64,000 nt of DNA from the NCBI GenBank assembly GCA_963847865.1, contig CAWKBL010000012.1, positions 967,411 to 1,031,410 of the forward strand, given 5' to 3'. Made by a program: the position numbers and the translations under genes. Below, in pieces: positions 50,170 through 60,062 of the stretch. The notes beneath the pieces were generated by a model. That model had not been told where the DNA came from. It was given only the letters and a program-made list of their open reading frames with translations, and did not search any database. This DNA is from an uncultured Alphaproteobacteria bacterium. GTDB taxonomy: Bacteria > Pseudomonadota > Alphaproteobacteria > Rhizobiales > Hyphomicrobiaceae. Position 1 is the first letter of the stretch, and each line of letters starts with the position of its first letter.

Positions 50170-51897
50170 ATGACCGACGACAAGCGCTCGCGCAACGAGA
50201 TCATCAAGGAGAACAGCCGGCTCTTGCGCGGCACCATCGCGGAGGGTCTCGCCGACGTCGCGACAGGCGCCATCTCCGAGGACGACGCGCAGCTCACCAA
50301 GTTCCACGGCACCTATCTGCAGGATGATCGCGACCTGCGGCCCGAGCGCGCCAAGAAGATGCTGGAGAAGGCCTACAGCTTCATGATCCGCGTGCGGGTG
50401 CCCGGCGGTCTCACGAGCCCCAAGCAATGGCTGGCACTCGATGCGATTGCCGGCACCTACGCCAACGGCAGCCTGCGCCTGACGACGCGCCAGGCGTTCC
50501 AGTTCCACGGCGTCATCAAGTCCAACATGAAGCGCACCATGCAGGCGATCAACGCGTCGCTCTTGGATACGCTCGCCGCCTGCGGCGACGTCAACCGCAA
50601 CGTGATGTCGGCCGCAAACCCCTACCTCGGCAAGGCGCACCGGGCGGCCGAGGATCTCGCCATCAAGGTCAGCGCGCATCTTTTGCCGCAGACGGGCGCC
50701 TATCACGAGATCTGGCTCGACGGCGAGCCGGTCACCGGCGACGGTGAGCCCGCCAAGAAAGAGGAGGAGCCGATCTACGGCCCCTACTACCTCCCGCGCA
50801 AATTCAAGATCGTCATCGCCGTGCCGCCGTCAAACGACGTCGACATCTTCGCCCACGACCTCGGCTACATCGCGATCGTCGAAGATGGCAACGTCGCCGG
50901 CTACAACGTCACCGTCGGCGGCGGCATGGGCATGACCCACGGCGAGACCGACACCTTCCCACGCACCGCCGACATGCTGGGCTTCTGCACGCCCGAGCAG
51001 GCGGTGGAGCTGGCGGAGAAGGTCGTCACCGTGCAGCGCGACTGGGGCAACCGCTCAAACCGCAAGCGCGCGCGCCTCAAATACACGATCGAGGACCGCG
51101 GGCTCGACGCCTTCCGCGCCGAGGTGGAAAAGCGGCTGGGCTATGCGCTGGGCGCCCCTCGTCCCTATCGCTTCGAGTCGATGGGTGACTCCGTCGGCTG
51201 GCAGCAGGGGCCCGACAAGAAATGGCACCTGACGCTCTTCATCGAGAACGGACGCGTCAAGGACAGCCCCGGCCATGCCTTGCGCACGGCTCTGCGCGAG
51301 ATCGCGGAGCGGTATGCGGGTGCCTTCGTGCTGACGGGCAACCAGAACCTCATCGTCGCGAACGTGACGGCCAAGGGCAAGCCGAAGGTCGACGCGATCC
51401 TGAAGGAGCACGGCATCACGCCGTTCGCGTCCTCCGGCCTGCGCCGCAACTCCATGGCGTGCGTCGCGTTGCCGACCTGCGGGTTGGCGCTCGCCGAGAG
51501 CGAGCGCTTTCTGCCCGAGGTCATCACCGCGCTCGAGGACGTGCTCGAGCGGGCCGGTCTGAAGGACGACGAGATCGTCATCCGCATGACGGGGTGCCCC
51601 AACGGCTGCGCGCGGCCCTACCTCGCCGAGATCGGCCTCGTCGGCAAGAACCCCGGGCTTTACAACCTGTATCTGGGTGCAGCGTTCGACGGTACGCGGC
51701 TCAACAAGCTCGTCGCCGAGGATGTCGACAAGACGAACATGCTGAGGCTGCTGGAGCCGATGCTGAAGCGCTATGCCAAAGAGCGCGAGGACGGCGAGCA
51801 CTTCGGCGACTTCGTGATCCGGGCGGGCTACGTCAAGGCGACGACGGCCGGCAACCGGTTCCACGCCGATATCGAGCTCGTGAAGCAGGTGAGCTGA
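50170..51897 (+). CDS. cysI: sulfite reductase hemoprotein beta subunit
   Basis: 575 aa; siroheme/4Fe-4S Cys cluster (CVALPTCGLA; TGCPNGCARP). Confidence 0.9.
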   Translation: MTDDKRSRNEIIKENSRLLRGTIAEGLADVATGAISEDDAQLTKFHGTYLQDDRDLRPERAKKMLEKAYSFMIRVRVPGGLTSPKQWLALDAIAGTYANGSLRLTTRQAFQFHGVIKSNMKRTMQAINASLLDTLAACGDVNRNVMSAANPYLGKAHRAAEDLAIKVSAHLLPQTGAYHEIWLDGEPVTGDGEPAKKEEEPIYGPYYLPRKFKIVIAVPPSNDVDIFAHDLGYIAIVEDGNVAGYNVTVGGGMGMTHGETDTFPRTADMLGFCTPEQAVELAEKVVTVQRDWGNRSNRKRARLKYTIEDRGLDAFRAEVEKRLGYALGAPRPYRFESMGDSVGWQQGPDKKWHLTLFIENGRVKDSPGHALRTALREIAERYAGAFVLTGNQNLIVANVTAKGKPKVDAILKEHGITPFASSGLRRNSMACVALPTCGLALAESERFLPEVITALEDVLERAGLKDDEIVIRMTGCPNGCARPYLAEIGLVGKNPGLYNLYLGAAFDGTRLNKLVAEDVDKTNMLRLLEPMLKRYAKEREDGEHFGDFVIRAGYVKATTAGNRFHADIELVKQVS

Positions 51898-51937
51898 CGG
51901 CGCTCGCCAAGGCCGCGCTACATGCTTGGTGCCAGGC

Positions 51938-52750
51938 TTAGTGCCGGGCGATGCCGACCAGCGAGTAGGCCGCCCACACCAGCACGATCGCGAGCACGAT
52001 CCGCAAGAACCAGTCGGGCACGAGCCCGGTGATGCGCGAGCCGAGCGCGATGCCCGGCACCGAGCCCACGAGCAGCAGCCCGAGGATCGGCAGGTCGACG
52101 TTGCCCATGCCGAGATGACTCATGCCCGCCAGGAACGTGAGCGGGATCGCGTGCACGATGTCGGTGCCGATGAGGCGGCGCGCGGAGAGCGAGTGATAAA
52201 GCACCGTCAGCGCCACGACGCCGATGGCGCCGGCGCCGACGGAGGTCAGCGCCACGAGCACGCCGAGGACGAGGCCCAGGGCCAACGTCGGCCCGCGGCG
52301 CACGACCGTCGGGCTGTCGGCGTCCGCGGCCCGCATCGCGTATCGCTTCAGCAAGGGATAGATGGCGACGCCCGTCGCGCTCACGATCAGTGCGCCGGCC
52401 AGGATCTTGCGGATGACGATCGCCAGCGCGTGGGTGTCGGGCGCCATGAAATAGATCCACGCCAGCATGGCCAGCGCGCCCGGCAGGCTTCCCGCCGCGA
52501 GCCAGCGCACGATCGACCAATCGACGTTGCCCATCGAGTGATGGCGCCAGGCGGCGCTCGCCTTCGTTATCGAGGCGAACAGCAGATCGGTGCCGACCGC
52601 CAGGACGGGTGAGATGCCGATGCCGGAAATGAGGAAGGGCGTCATCAGCGAGCCGGCGCCGACCCCGGTCAGGCCGACGAGAAAGCCGACGGTGAAACCG
52701 CCGAAGATGATGAGGGCCCACGAGTTGGACAGCGCTAAGTCCATAGGCAA
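51938..52750 (-). CDS. TSUP-family (TauE/SafE) sulfite/sulfonate exporter-like membrane protein
   Basis: 270 aa, 8 TM, duplicated GxGGG-like motifs. Confidence 0.75.
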   Translation of the reverse strand: MPMDLALSNSWALIIFGGFTVGFLVGLTGVGAGSLMTPFLISGIGISPVLAVGTDLLFASITKASAAWRHHSMGNVDWSIVRWLAAGSLPGALAMLAWIYFMAPDTHALAIVIRKILAGALIVSATGVAIYPLLKRYAMRAADADSPTVVRRGPTLALGLVLGVLVALTSVGAGAIGVVALTVLYHSLSARRLIGTDIVHAIPLTFLAGMSHLGMGNVDLPILGLLLVGSVPGIALGSRITGLVPDWFLRIVLAIVLVWAAYSLVGIARH

Positions 52751-52848
52751 GCAGGCTCCTGGTGGTCACATCCGAGGTGCGGCCCCCTTAGGGGGGCACC
52801 TTTTTGTTATCGTGGATAGCGGATTTGGAAAAGCGCTAGCGTGGCGTC

Positions 52849-54321
52849 TCAGAGATCGAGCTTAACCGGCACCCCGGCCGCATGAAGCAGCAGCGCTGCC
52901 TCGCTGGCGCGCCGCTGGAACTCGCGGCGATCCTCCTCGCTTGCTCCCAGGTCACGGCAGAGCCCCTTCTCCAGCATTTCCCGCGTCAGCTTGAAATCGG
53001 AGGCATCAGCCGTCTCGCTGGCGGCCGTCGCCGCGGTTACGACGCCGCCGGCCACTGTGGCTCCGGTGGCGGCGTCCACGATCAGGAAGCTTCCCGTGGT
53101 GGGATTGGTGCCGAAGGGATCGATAGCGACCGGGCGGCTCAGCGTAATCGCGGCGAGCGCGATATCGTTAACGCTACAGGTTTGCGCCGGCTGGGCCGCG
53201 AGCGTCTCCAGATCGAGCAGGGACTGGATATTGAGCGCGGAGATCGGCGCGAGGTCGGTCGCGGTGCGCAGCAGGTAGCCGGCGCGCGGATCGAACGGCG
53301 TCTCCCACAGCCACACCAGGCGCGTGTCGAGGTGGGTTGCGACCGTCGGCGGCGCATCGGCGGCGGACAGCACCGCTCCGCGCGCCACGTCGATGTCGGC
53401 ATCGAGCTGCAGCGCCACCGCCTGCCCCTGCGAAGCGATCTCGAGATCGCGGCCCATGGTGACGATGCGCAGAACATGCGCGCTCTGGCCGCTGAGCGAA
53501 TCCGTCACGCGGTCGCCCACGCACACGCGGCCGGAGCTCACGGTTCCGGCGAGGCCGCGGAAATCGAGGCCGTCGCGCAGCACCATCTGCACCGGCATGC
53601 GGAACGCACCCGTCGCCGTGGTGTCGCGGACCGGAATGGCCTCGAGGTGCTGCAGCAGGGAGGGGCCTGAGTACCAGGGCATGTGATCGGAGTGGCGCGC
53701 GACGTTGTCGCCGCCGACGGCCGACACCGGGATCGCGATCGCCTCGCGAAAGCCGAACCGCAAGGTGAGCTCGCGGAAGTCGGCCTCGATCGCGTGGAAG
53801 CGCTCCTGCGACCAGTCGACGAGATCCATCTTGTTGATGGCGAGGATGACGCGCTTGACGCCCACGATGTCGAGGATCGCCGCGTGGCGCCGCGTCTGGC
53901 GTTTCACGCCGTGGCGGGCGTCGACCAGCATGATGGCGACGTCGGCGTGGGAGGCGCCGCTCGCCATGTTGCGCGTGTACTGCTCGTGCCCGGGGCTGTC
54001 GATGATGACGAAGCGCCGCGTGTCGGTATCGAAATAGCGCCACGCGATGTCGATCGTTATGCCTTGCTCGCGCTCGGCGACGAGCCCGTCGACGAGCAGG
54101 CTGAAATCGGGTTGCGTGCTGCCCCCGGCGGTTCTGCCTGAGCGCTTCAGCGTCTCGCGCTGGTCATCGTAGAGGTCGGAAGCGTCCCACAGAAGCCGGC
54201 CGATCAGGGTCGACTTCCCGTCGTCGACCGAGCCGCAGGTCAACAGGTGCAGGATGCCGTTGAGCTCTTGGGCAGCCTCAGGCGCCGCTTCGGCGCGGCG
54301 AATGGCAGTGAGCGCCGTCAT
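52849..54321 (-). CDS. cysN: sulfate adenylyltransferase subunit 1 (GTPase)
   Basis: G1 CGSVDDGKST, DSPGHEQY, NKMD. Confidence 0.85.
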   Translation of the reverse strand: MTALTAIRRAEAAPEAAQELNGILHLLTCGSVDDGKSTLIGRLLWDASDLYDDQRETLKRSGRTAGGSTQPDFSLLVDGLVAEREQGITIDIAWRYFDTDTRRFVIIDSPGHEQYTRNMASGASHADVAIMLVDARHGVKRQTRRHAAILDIVGVKRVILAINKMDLVDWSQERFHAIEADFRELTLRFGFREAIAIPVSAVGGDNVARHSDHMPWYSGPSLLQHLEAIPVRDTTATGAFRMPVQMVLRDGLDFRGLAGTVSSGRVCVGDRVTDSLSGQSAHVLRIVTMGRDLEIASQGQAVALQLDADIDVARGAVLSAADAPPTVATHLDTRLVWLWETPFDPRAGYLLRTATDLAPISALNIQSLLDLETLAAQPAQTCSVNDIALAAITLSRPVAIDPFGTNPTTGSFLIVDAATGATVAGGVVTAATAASETADASDFKLTREMLEKGLCRDLGASEEDRREFQRRASEAALLLHAAGVPVKLDL

Positions 54322-55226
54322 TAGAAATAGCCTTCTTGCTTCTTGCGCTCCATCGCGCCGGATTGGTCATGATCGATGAGACGGCCCTGCCGCTCGGAGG
54401 TCCGCGCGCTGAGGGTCTCGGCGACGACGGCGTCGATGTCGGTCGCCGAGGAGACGACCGCCGCCGTCAGCGGCCAGCAGCCCAGCGTGCGGAAGCGGAC
54501 CTGCTTCATTTGCGGCGTCTCGCCCGGGAGCAGCGGCAGGCGGTCGTCGTCGACGACGAGAAGCTGGCCGCCGCGATTGATCGTCGGGCGCCGCGCCGCG
54601 AAATAGAGCGGCACCACGTCGAGCTCTTCGCGCGCGATGTAGCGCCAGACGTCCTTCTCGGTCCAGTTGGACAGCGGGAACACGCGCACGGTCTCGCCGG
54701 CGCCGAGGCGGCCGTTCAAGAGCTGCCACATCTCGGGCCGCTGACGGCGCGGGTCCCAACGGTGACCGGCGGCGCGAAAGGAGAAGACGCGCTCCTTGGC
54801 ACGCGAGCTTTCCTCGTCGCGACGCGCGCCGCCGAACGCCGCATCGAACCCGTACTTGTCGAGCGCCTGCTTCAGCGGCTGCGTCTTCATCACGTCGGTA
54901 TAGACCGACGGCGTGTAGTCGTAGGGGTTGATGCCGCGGCTGATCCCGTCCTCGTTGGTGTGGACGATGAGGTCGAGGCCCAGATCGCGCACGGTCTTGT
55001 CGCGAAACGCGATCATGTCCTTGAACTTCCACGTCGTGTCGATGTGCAGCAGCGGGAACGGCGGCTTCTGCGGCCAGAACGCCTTGCGCGCAAGATGCAG
55101 CAGGACGGTCGAGTCCTTGCCGATCGAATAGAGCAGCACCGGCTTGCGGAACTGCGCGGCGGCCTCACGGAATATGTGAATAGCCTCGGCCTCGAGCAGG
55201 TCGAGATGCGAATAGTTTGCCGTCAT
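54321..55226 (-). CDS. cysD: sulfate adenylyltransferase subunit 2
   Basis: PAPS-reductase-fold ATP-sulfurylase small subunit ([12 protein letters not shown]). Confidence 0.9.
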   Translation of the reverse strand: MTANYSHLDLLEAEAIHIFREAAAQFRKPVLLYSIGKDSTVLLHLARKAFWPQKPPFPLLHIDTTWKFKDMIAFRDKTVRDLGLDLIVHTNEDGISRGINPYDYTPSVYTDVMKTQPLKQALDKYGFDAAFGGARRDEESSRAKERVFSFRAAGHRWDPRRQRPEMWQLLNGRLGAGETVRVFPLSNWTEKDVWRYIAREELDVVPLYFAARRPTINRGGQLLVVDDDRLPLLPGETPQMKQVRFRTLGCWPLTAAVVSSATDIDAVVAETLSARTSERQGRLIDHDQSGAMERKKQEGYF

Positions 55227-56110
55227 GCCGCTGCTTCCTTGTGGCGGGGCCGATTGTGCAGTCCGCATTCCTTGCCGTCCTCGTTCTCCCACCACCAGCG
55301 ACCGGCGCGGATGTCCTCGCCCGGCAGAACCGCCCGCGTGCAGGGCTGGCAGCCGATCGAGGGGAAGCCCTTGGCGTGCAACGCATTGAGCGGCACTTCG
55401 TTCTCCGCGATGTAGGCCTCGAGCCGGTCCAACGTCCAGTCGGCGATCGGGTTGACCTTGACGAGGCCGTGGTCGCCGTCCCATGCGGCAAATGGCACCG
55501 CGGCGCGCTCTGCCGATTGGTCGCGGCGCAGCCCGGTGATCCAGCCGGCCGCACCTGCAAGCGCGCGCTTCAGCGGGCGCACTTTGCGAATTTCGCAGCA
55601 AGCCTTGCGGTTCTCGACGGCGAGCCGGAAGCCGTAGATCCCATCGCGCGCGACAAGATCTTCTACTTCCCGCGCGTCGGGAGCCATCACGCGGATCTTG
55701 AGACCATAGCGCTGCTCGCTCGCCTGCAAGGTATCGAGCGTCTCGGGAAAATGCCGGCCCGTGTCGAGCGTGAACACGTCGAACGCCGCGCCGGTTGCGG
55801 CAATGGCATGGAGAACGGCTTGATCCTCGATCCCGAGGCTCGTCGAGAAGGCGATGCGGCCGGGGATCGCGCGGGCGATTTCAGCCAGGCGATCCTCGAC
55901 GCGCTCCATGCCGGCAAGGCGCCGGTCGAGTGCGGCGACATCCACGCGCACAGGGCTCGCGTCCGCGCGCACTGGATTGGCGTCCGCGCGCGCAAGATTC
56001 GCGTCCGCGCGCCCAAGATTCGCGTCCGCGCGCATGAGCGGGCTGCGCAAAGCGTCGGTGGCGCCGGGCGCTGCAACCGCGCCGCGCCTGCTTGAGGATT
56101 TCGCCGGCAT
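55223..56110 (-). CDS. cysH: phosphoadenosine-phosphosulfate reductase with repeat-containing N-terminal extension (alternative starts possible)
   Basis: [14 protein letters not shown]-loop-like motif; C-terminal CQPCT; N-terminus contains 7-aa repeats. Confidence 0.8.
   Translation of the reverse strand: MPAKSSSRRGAVAAPGATDALRSPLMRADANLGRADANLARADANPVRADASPVRVDVAALDRRLAGMERVEDRLAEIARAIPGRIAFSTSLGIEDQAVLHAIAATGAAFDVFTLDTGRHFPETLDTLQASEQRYGLKIRVMAPDAREVEDLVARDGIYGFRLAVENRKACCEIRKVRPLKRALAGAAGWITGLRRDQSAERAAVPFAAWDGDHGLVKVNPIADWTLDRLEAYIAENEVPLNALHAKGFPSIGCQPCTRAVLPGEDIRAGRWWWENEDGKECGLHNRPRHKEAAA
55960..56040. repeat. 21-bp perfect-period tandem repeat x4 (CGTCCGCGCGC core), in frame in cysH 5' region
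   Basis: Copies start 55960, 55981, 56002, 56023; encode [28 protein letters not shown] on minus strand. Confidence 0.8.
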
Positions 56111-56272
56111 CGTGGTTCCCTTTGTCTCGGACCTGAAGATAGGGAAAAACCGTTCCCGTATAAAGCCTGTTTGGTAAATAAGAATAGGATCACATTCCAC
56201 ATAGGCAGTCAGAGTGAAAATTTTTGCCAATTATCGGGTTATTGGAACGCTGTGTTGCGGGCCCGGCACCCC
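56111..56272 (-). promoter_or_regulatory. AT-rich intergenic region upstream of cysH-cysD-cysN (candidate promoter/operator)
   Basis: Local AT-rich island (ataagaataggatcacattccacataggcagtcagagtgaaaattttt) in a high-GC genome. Confidence 0.4.
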
Positions 56273-56713
56273 TCACCAGGATCCCGTGTTCGCCATCGAG
56301 GCCCAGGGCTCCTGCGGGGGCAGGGCCGCCCCGTTCTGCAGGATCTCGATGGAGATGCCATCGGGGGAGCGGACGAAGGCCATGCGCCCATCGCGGGGCG
56401 GGCGGTTGATGACGACGCCTCTATCGGCGAGGCGTTGGCAGAGCACGTAGATGTCGTCGACCGCGTAGGCGAGGTGCCCGAAATTGCGGGCCGAGCCATA
56501 CTCTTCCTTGTCCCAGTTATAAGTGAGCTCGAGGAGCGGCGCGCGCTCGGCCTTGGCGCGCACCTCGTCGCCGGGAGCTGCGAGGAACACCAGCGTGAAG
56601 CGGCCCGCGGGATTGTCCATGCGGCGCGTCTCCACGAGCCCGAGCGTGCCGCAGTAGAAATCGAGGCTGCTGTCGAGGTCGGCGACACGCACCATCGTGT
56701 GCAGGAAGCGCAT
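56273..56713 (-). CDS. gloA: glyoxalase I / VOC family lactoylglutathione lyase
   Basis: [20 protein letters not shown]...[10 protein letters not shown]. Confidence 0.75.
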   Translation of the reverse strand: MRFLHTMVRVADLDSSLDFYCGTLGLVETRRMDNPAGRFTLVFLAAPGDEVRAKAERAPLLELTYNWDKEEYGSARNFGHLAYAVDDIYVLCQRLADRGVVINRPPRDGRMAFVRSPDGISIEILQNGAALPPQEPWASMANTGSW

Positions 56714-56949
56714 CAGAGTTCTCCACCACCAACGTGCATGCACTTTTGCACACGCGGCATGTCCGTGTTGCACGCTGTCATGCACTCTTGCGCAGTGATC
56801 GCGGCACCGCGCGGCGAATTATTGTGTCAGCAATCTAAGCTGTAGACCTCAGTATTACGCGTCCGCGCGCACTTACAGGCGTTGTGTTGGCGCGAGCGCG
56901 CATGAAATTTGGGGAAGAATCAGGCGCCGTGAACTTCAAAGTGTTTCAG

Positions 56950-57158
56950 CGCGTTAACCGATGCATTCTCATGTGGACATCGCGGGGGCATTCCACTCCA
57001 GAAGTTAACGAAAGAATAATGCCTCTGGCGGTGCCGAGAACTGATGGTATTCTCCGCTCCGCTTCGTACCGGAGGCGAACATGAAGAGGGCATCTTACAT
57101 GTTCGCAGTTCCGGGCGCAGCGAGCACATGCAACGTAGACCAGTAGCGGGGTACCGAG
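56950..57158 (+). promoter_or_regulatory. long 5' leader of cold-shock gene (candidate cspA-type RNA thermosensor)
   Basis: About 200-nt non-coding, AT-richer leader before the CSD gene. Confidence 0.3.
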
Positions 57159-57755
57159 ATGGGGGATTCCAAGCGTCCCGATTTTCCGCAATTCGAACAT
57201 GCGATCGAGGGCATCGGGGACAGAACCGAAGAAGCCGGCATCGAAGTGTTCGAGATTGTCGGTTCAATCAAATGGTTTGACGCATCGAAAGGTTACGGTT
57301 TCATAGTTCCGGACAACGGCCTGGCCGACATCCTGCTGCACGTCACGTGCCTCAGGGCGGGCGGGTACCAGACAGCGTACGAGGGAGCTCGGGTCCATTG
57401 CGAAGTGCTGCGTCGGCCGAAAGGCATGCAGGCGTTCCGCATTCTCAGCATGGACGAAAGCACGGCTATTCACCCCTCGCAGCTGCCGCAGCGGACGCAC
57501 GTCATCGTGCAGCCGGAGAGCGACTGGGAACGGGCCATGGTCAAATGGTTCAACCGGGTTCGCGGCTTCGGCTTCCTGACGCGCGGCGAGGGCACGCCCG
57601 ACATCTTCGTCCACATGGAGACGCTGCGCCGGTTCGGCTTCACCGAGCTGCGCCCCGGACAGATGGTTCTGGTGCGATGGGGACATGGGTCGAAAGGCTG
57701 CATGGCCGCCGAGCTGCGTCCCGACGGACAGCCGGGACTGCCGCCGACGCACTGA
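57159..57755 (+). CDS. cold-shock protein with two cold-shock domains
   Basis: Two copies of the KWF(D/N)...KGYGFI / VKWFN..RGFGFL RNP motifs. Confidence 0.8.
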   Translation: MGDSKRPDFPQFEHAIEGIGDRTEEAGIEVFEIVGSIKWFDASKGYGFIVPDNGLADILLHVTCLRAGGYQTAYEGARVHCEVLRRPKGMQAFRILSMDESTAIHPSQLPQRTHVIVQPESDWERAMVKWFNRVRGFGFLTRGEGTPDIFVHMETLRRFGFTELRPGQMVLVRWGHGSKGCMAAELRPDGQPGLPPTH

Positions 57756-57785
57756 GCAAGCCCGAAAGGGACGGCTACAGGATTT

Positions 57786-58261
57786 TGAGCAGGGCTGCCC
57801 GCAAGGCGGCCCTGTTTCTCGTTGCCGCCGCGCTCGTGGCGTTCCTCGCCGCGCCGGCCGCCGCGAAAATGCGCGCCGACCGCCTGTGGCTCGTGACGAG
57901 CTCGGGCCAGGAGACGCCGGTCGACATCGAGATCGCCGAAGCGCCCGCAGAAAAGCAGCTCGGACTCATGTTTCGCACCGAGATGGCAGACGGCCAGGGA
58001 ATGCTGTTTCCCTACGGCGAGCCGCAAGAACTCACCATGTGGATGCACAACACCTACATTCCGCTCGACATGGTCTTCATTCGCGCCGACGGCACCGTGC
58101 ATCGCATCGAGGCCCGCGCCGAGCCGCTATCGGATCGCGTGATCTCTTCGCAAGGCAAGGTGTCGGCGGTGCTGGAGCTTCCAGGTGGCGCCGCCGAGCG
58201 CATCGGTCTGAAGCCCGGCGACCATGTGCGCCATCCGCTATTCGCCGCGCCGGCCCCTTAG
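57786..58261 (+). CDS. DUF192 domain secreted protein (start TTG, uncertain)
   Basis: Signal peptide AALFLVAAALVAFLAAPAAA; conserved ...GMLF...MWMHNTYIPLDM... Confidence 0.6.
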
Positions 58262-58387
58262 GCATGCGCCGGCCCCCGTGAGGGCGCGCAACGCAAGCCG
58301 CCCTTGACCTGCCTGGGGGGAAGCGGCACAGAGGCGCTGGCCCAGGTCGGGCGCCCACGTCGGGTGGCCCGGGCTGGGACGTAGCGT

Positions 58388-58464
58388 CGGGGCATAGCTC
58401 AGCCTGGTAGAGCACTTGCTTTGGGAGCAAGGGGTCGCGAGTTCGAATCCCGCTGCCCCGACCA
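58388..58464 (+). tRNA. tRNA-Pro (anticodon UGG)
   Basis: C1-G72 acceptor CGGGGCA/TGCCCCG, anticodon loop TTTGGGA, discriminator A, CCA. Confidence 0.9.
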
Positions 58465-58489
58465 TCGCGCAAGCCCTCGAGAGGACCGC

Positions 58490-58795
58490 ATGATCGCGCG
58501 CATCTTCAAGCCGGCCAAGACGGCGATGCAGTCGGGCGAGGCCCGCACCAAGGAATGGGTGCTGGAGTTCGCGCCGGCGAGCCCGCGCGAGGTCGATCCG
58601 CTGATGGGGTGGACGAGTACGCGCGACATGCGCGCAGAGGTGCAGCTCGAGTTCGACACCCAGGAGGAGGCGATCGCCTACGCGCAGCGCGAAGGCCTGG
58701 CCTTCAGGGTCTTCGAACCGGAACCGCGCCGGCAGATCCGCAAGTCGTATGCCGACAACTTCAAGTTCGGCCGCATCGGCCGCTGGACGCACTAA
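58490..58795 (+). CDS. ETC complex I subunit conserved region protein (NDUFS4-like)
   Basis: 101 aa; MIARIFKPAKTAMQSG...DPLMGWTSTRDM...; GAGAGG RBS. Confidence 0.65.
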   Translation: MIARIFKPAKTAMQSGEARTKEWVLEFAPASPREVDPLMGWTSTRDMRAEVQLEFDTQEEAIAYAQREGLAFRVFEPEPRRQIRKSYADNFKFGRIGRWTH

Positions 58796-58866
58796 AGTTG
58801 CGGCCGCGGCTGTAACGTATTCATCTCCCAGCTGTGTCTTACTGATCGAGCGGAGGAGAGTGAACG

Positions 58867-60024
58867 GTGCCAAGCGCTGGCGGAGGCAAAGAGCTCGTTC
58901 TTGTCGGCGGCGGGCACGCGCAGGTCTACGTCCTCGACGCCTTCGCACGGCGGCCCATGCCGGGCGTGCGCCTCACGCTCATCGCGCGCGACGTCGAGAC
59001 CCCCTATTCGGGCATGCTGCCGGGCTTCATCGCCGGCCACTACACGGCGGCGCAGTGCCATATCGATCTTGCGCCGCTCGCTGCGCGCGCGGGCGCACGC
59101 CTCGTGCACGACGAGGCGACGGGCCTCGATCGCACGCGGCAGTGCGTGCTGTGCCGCAACGGTCCGCCCATTCCCTATGATGTCGTCTCGCTCGACATCG
59201 GCTCGACGCCGGCCTTGAAGGCTGTCGCCGGCGCCGAGGAATTTGCAACGCCGGTCAAGCCTGTTTCGAGCTTGCGCGCGCGCTGGGCTGCGATTCTGGC
59301 GCGCGCTGGCGGCGAAACGCGGCCCATGCGTTTCGTGACGGTCGGCGGTGGCGCGGCCGGCGTCGAGGTGACGCTCGCCATGCGCCACCGGCTGCGCAGG
59401 CTCGCGCGCGAAGGGGGGCGCGATCCCGACGCCTTCAGCTTTGCCGTCGTGACCAAGGGCGAGCTTCTGGGAGATCTCAACGCGTCGGTGCGCCGCCGCT
59501 TCCGCGGCGTGCTCTCAAAGCGCGGCGTGACATATGTCGAGAACGACGGCGTGCGCGAGGTCGAGGCGGGGCGTATCGTCTGCGCCAGCGGGCGTCACTT
59601 TGACTACGACGAGCTGATTTGGGTGACGGAGGCGGGCGGTGCGCCCTGGCTCGCCGAGACGCGACTAGACCTCGACCCCGCGGGCTTCGTAATCGTCGAC
59701 GCGACCCTGCGCTCGGTCACAGACCCGCGCATCTTCGCCGCCGGCGACGTGGCTACGAACCGCGACCATCCGCGGCCCAAGGCCGGCGTATTCGCCGTGC
59801 GCCAGGGCCCGCCCCTTGCTGAGAACCTCCGCCGCGTGCTGACCGGCGCGGTCCCGCTGCCCTTCACGCCGCAGGAAAAGTTCCTCTCGCTCATCACCAC
59901 TGGAGACAAGTACGCCATCGCCTCGCGCGGGTCGTGGGCGGCCGAGGGCCGTCTCGTCTGGTGGCTCAAGGACCAGATCGATCGCCGATGGATGCAGCAA
60001 TGGCAGCGGCCGCCAGGCACGTGA
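58867..60024 (+). CDS. FAD/NAD(P)-binding pyridine nucleotide-disulfide oxidoreductase family protein
   Basis: Two Rossmann GxGxxG/A motifs (LVGGGHAQ; VTVGGGAAGVE). Confidence 0.7.
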   Translation: MPSAGGGKELVLVGGGHAQVYVLDAFARRPMPGVRLTLIARDVETPYSGMLPGFIAGHYTAAQCHIDLAPLAARAGARLVHDEATGLDRTRQCVLCRNGPPIPYDVVSLDIGSTPALKAVAGAEEFATPVKPVSSLRARWAAILARAGGETRPMRFVTVGGGAAGVEVTLAMRHRLRRLAREGGRDPDAFSFAVVTKGELLGDLNASVRRRFRGVLSKRGVTYVENDGVREVEAGRIVCASGRHFDYDELIWVTEAGGAPWLAETRLDLDPAGFVIVDATLRSVTDPRIFAAGDVATNRDHPRPKAGVFAVRQGPPLAENLRRVLTGAVPLPFTPQEKFLSLITTGDKYAIASRGSWAAEGRLVWWLKDQIDRRWMQQWQRPPGT

Positions 60025-60062
60025 CGCCGGCGTCCGCGTGATGCCGGCGAGGCTGGTATTCG

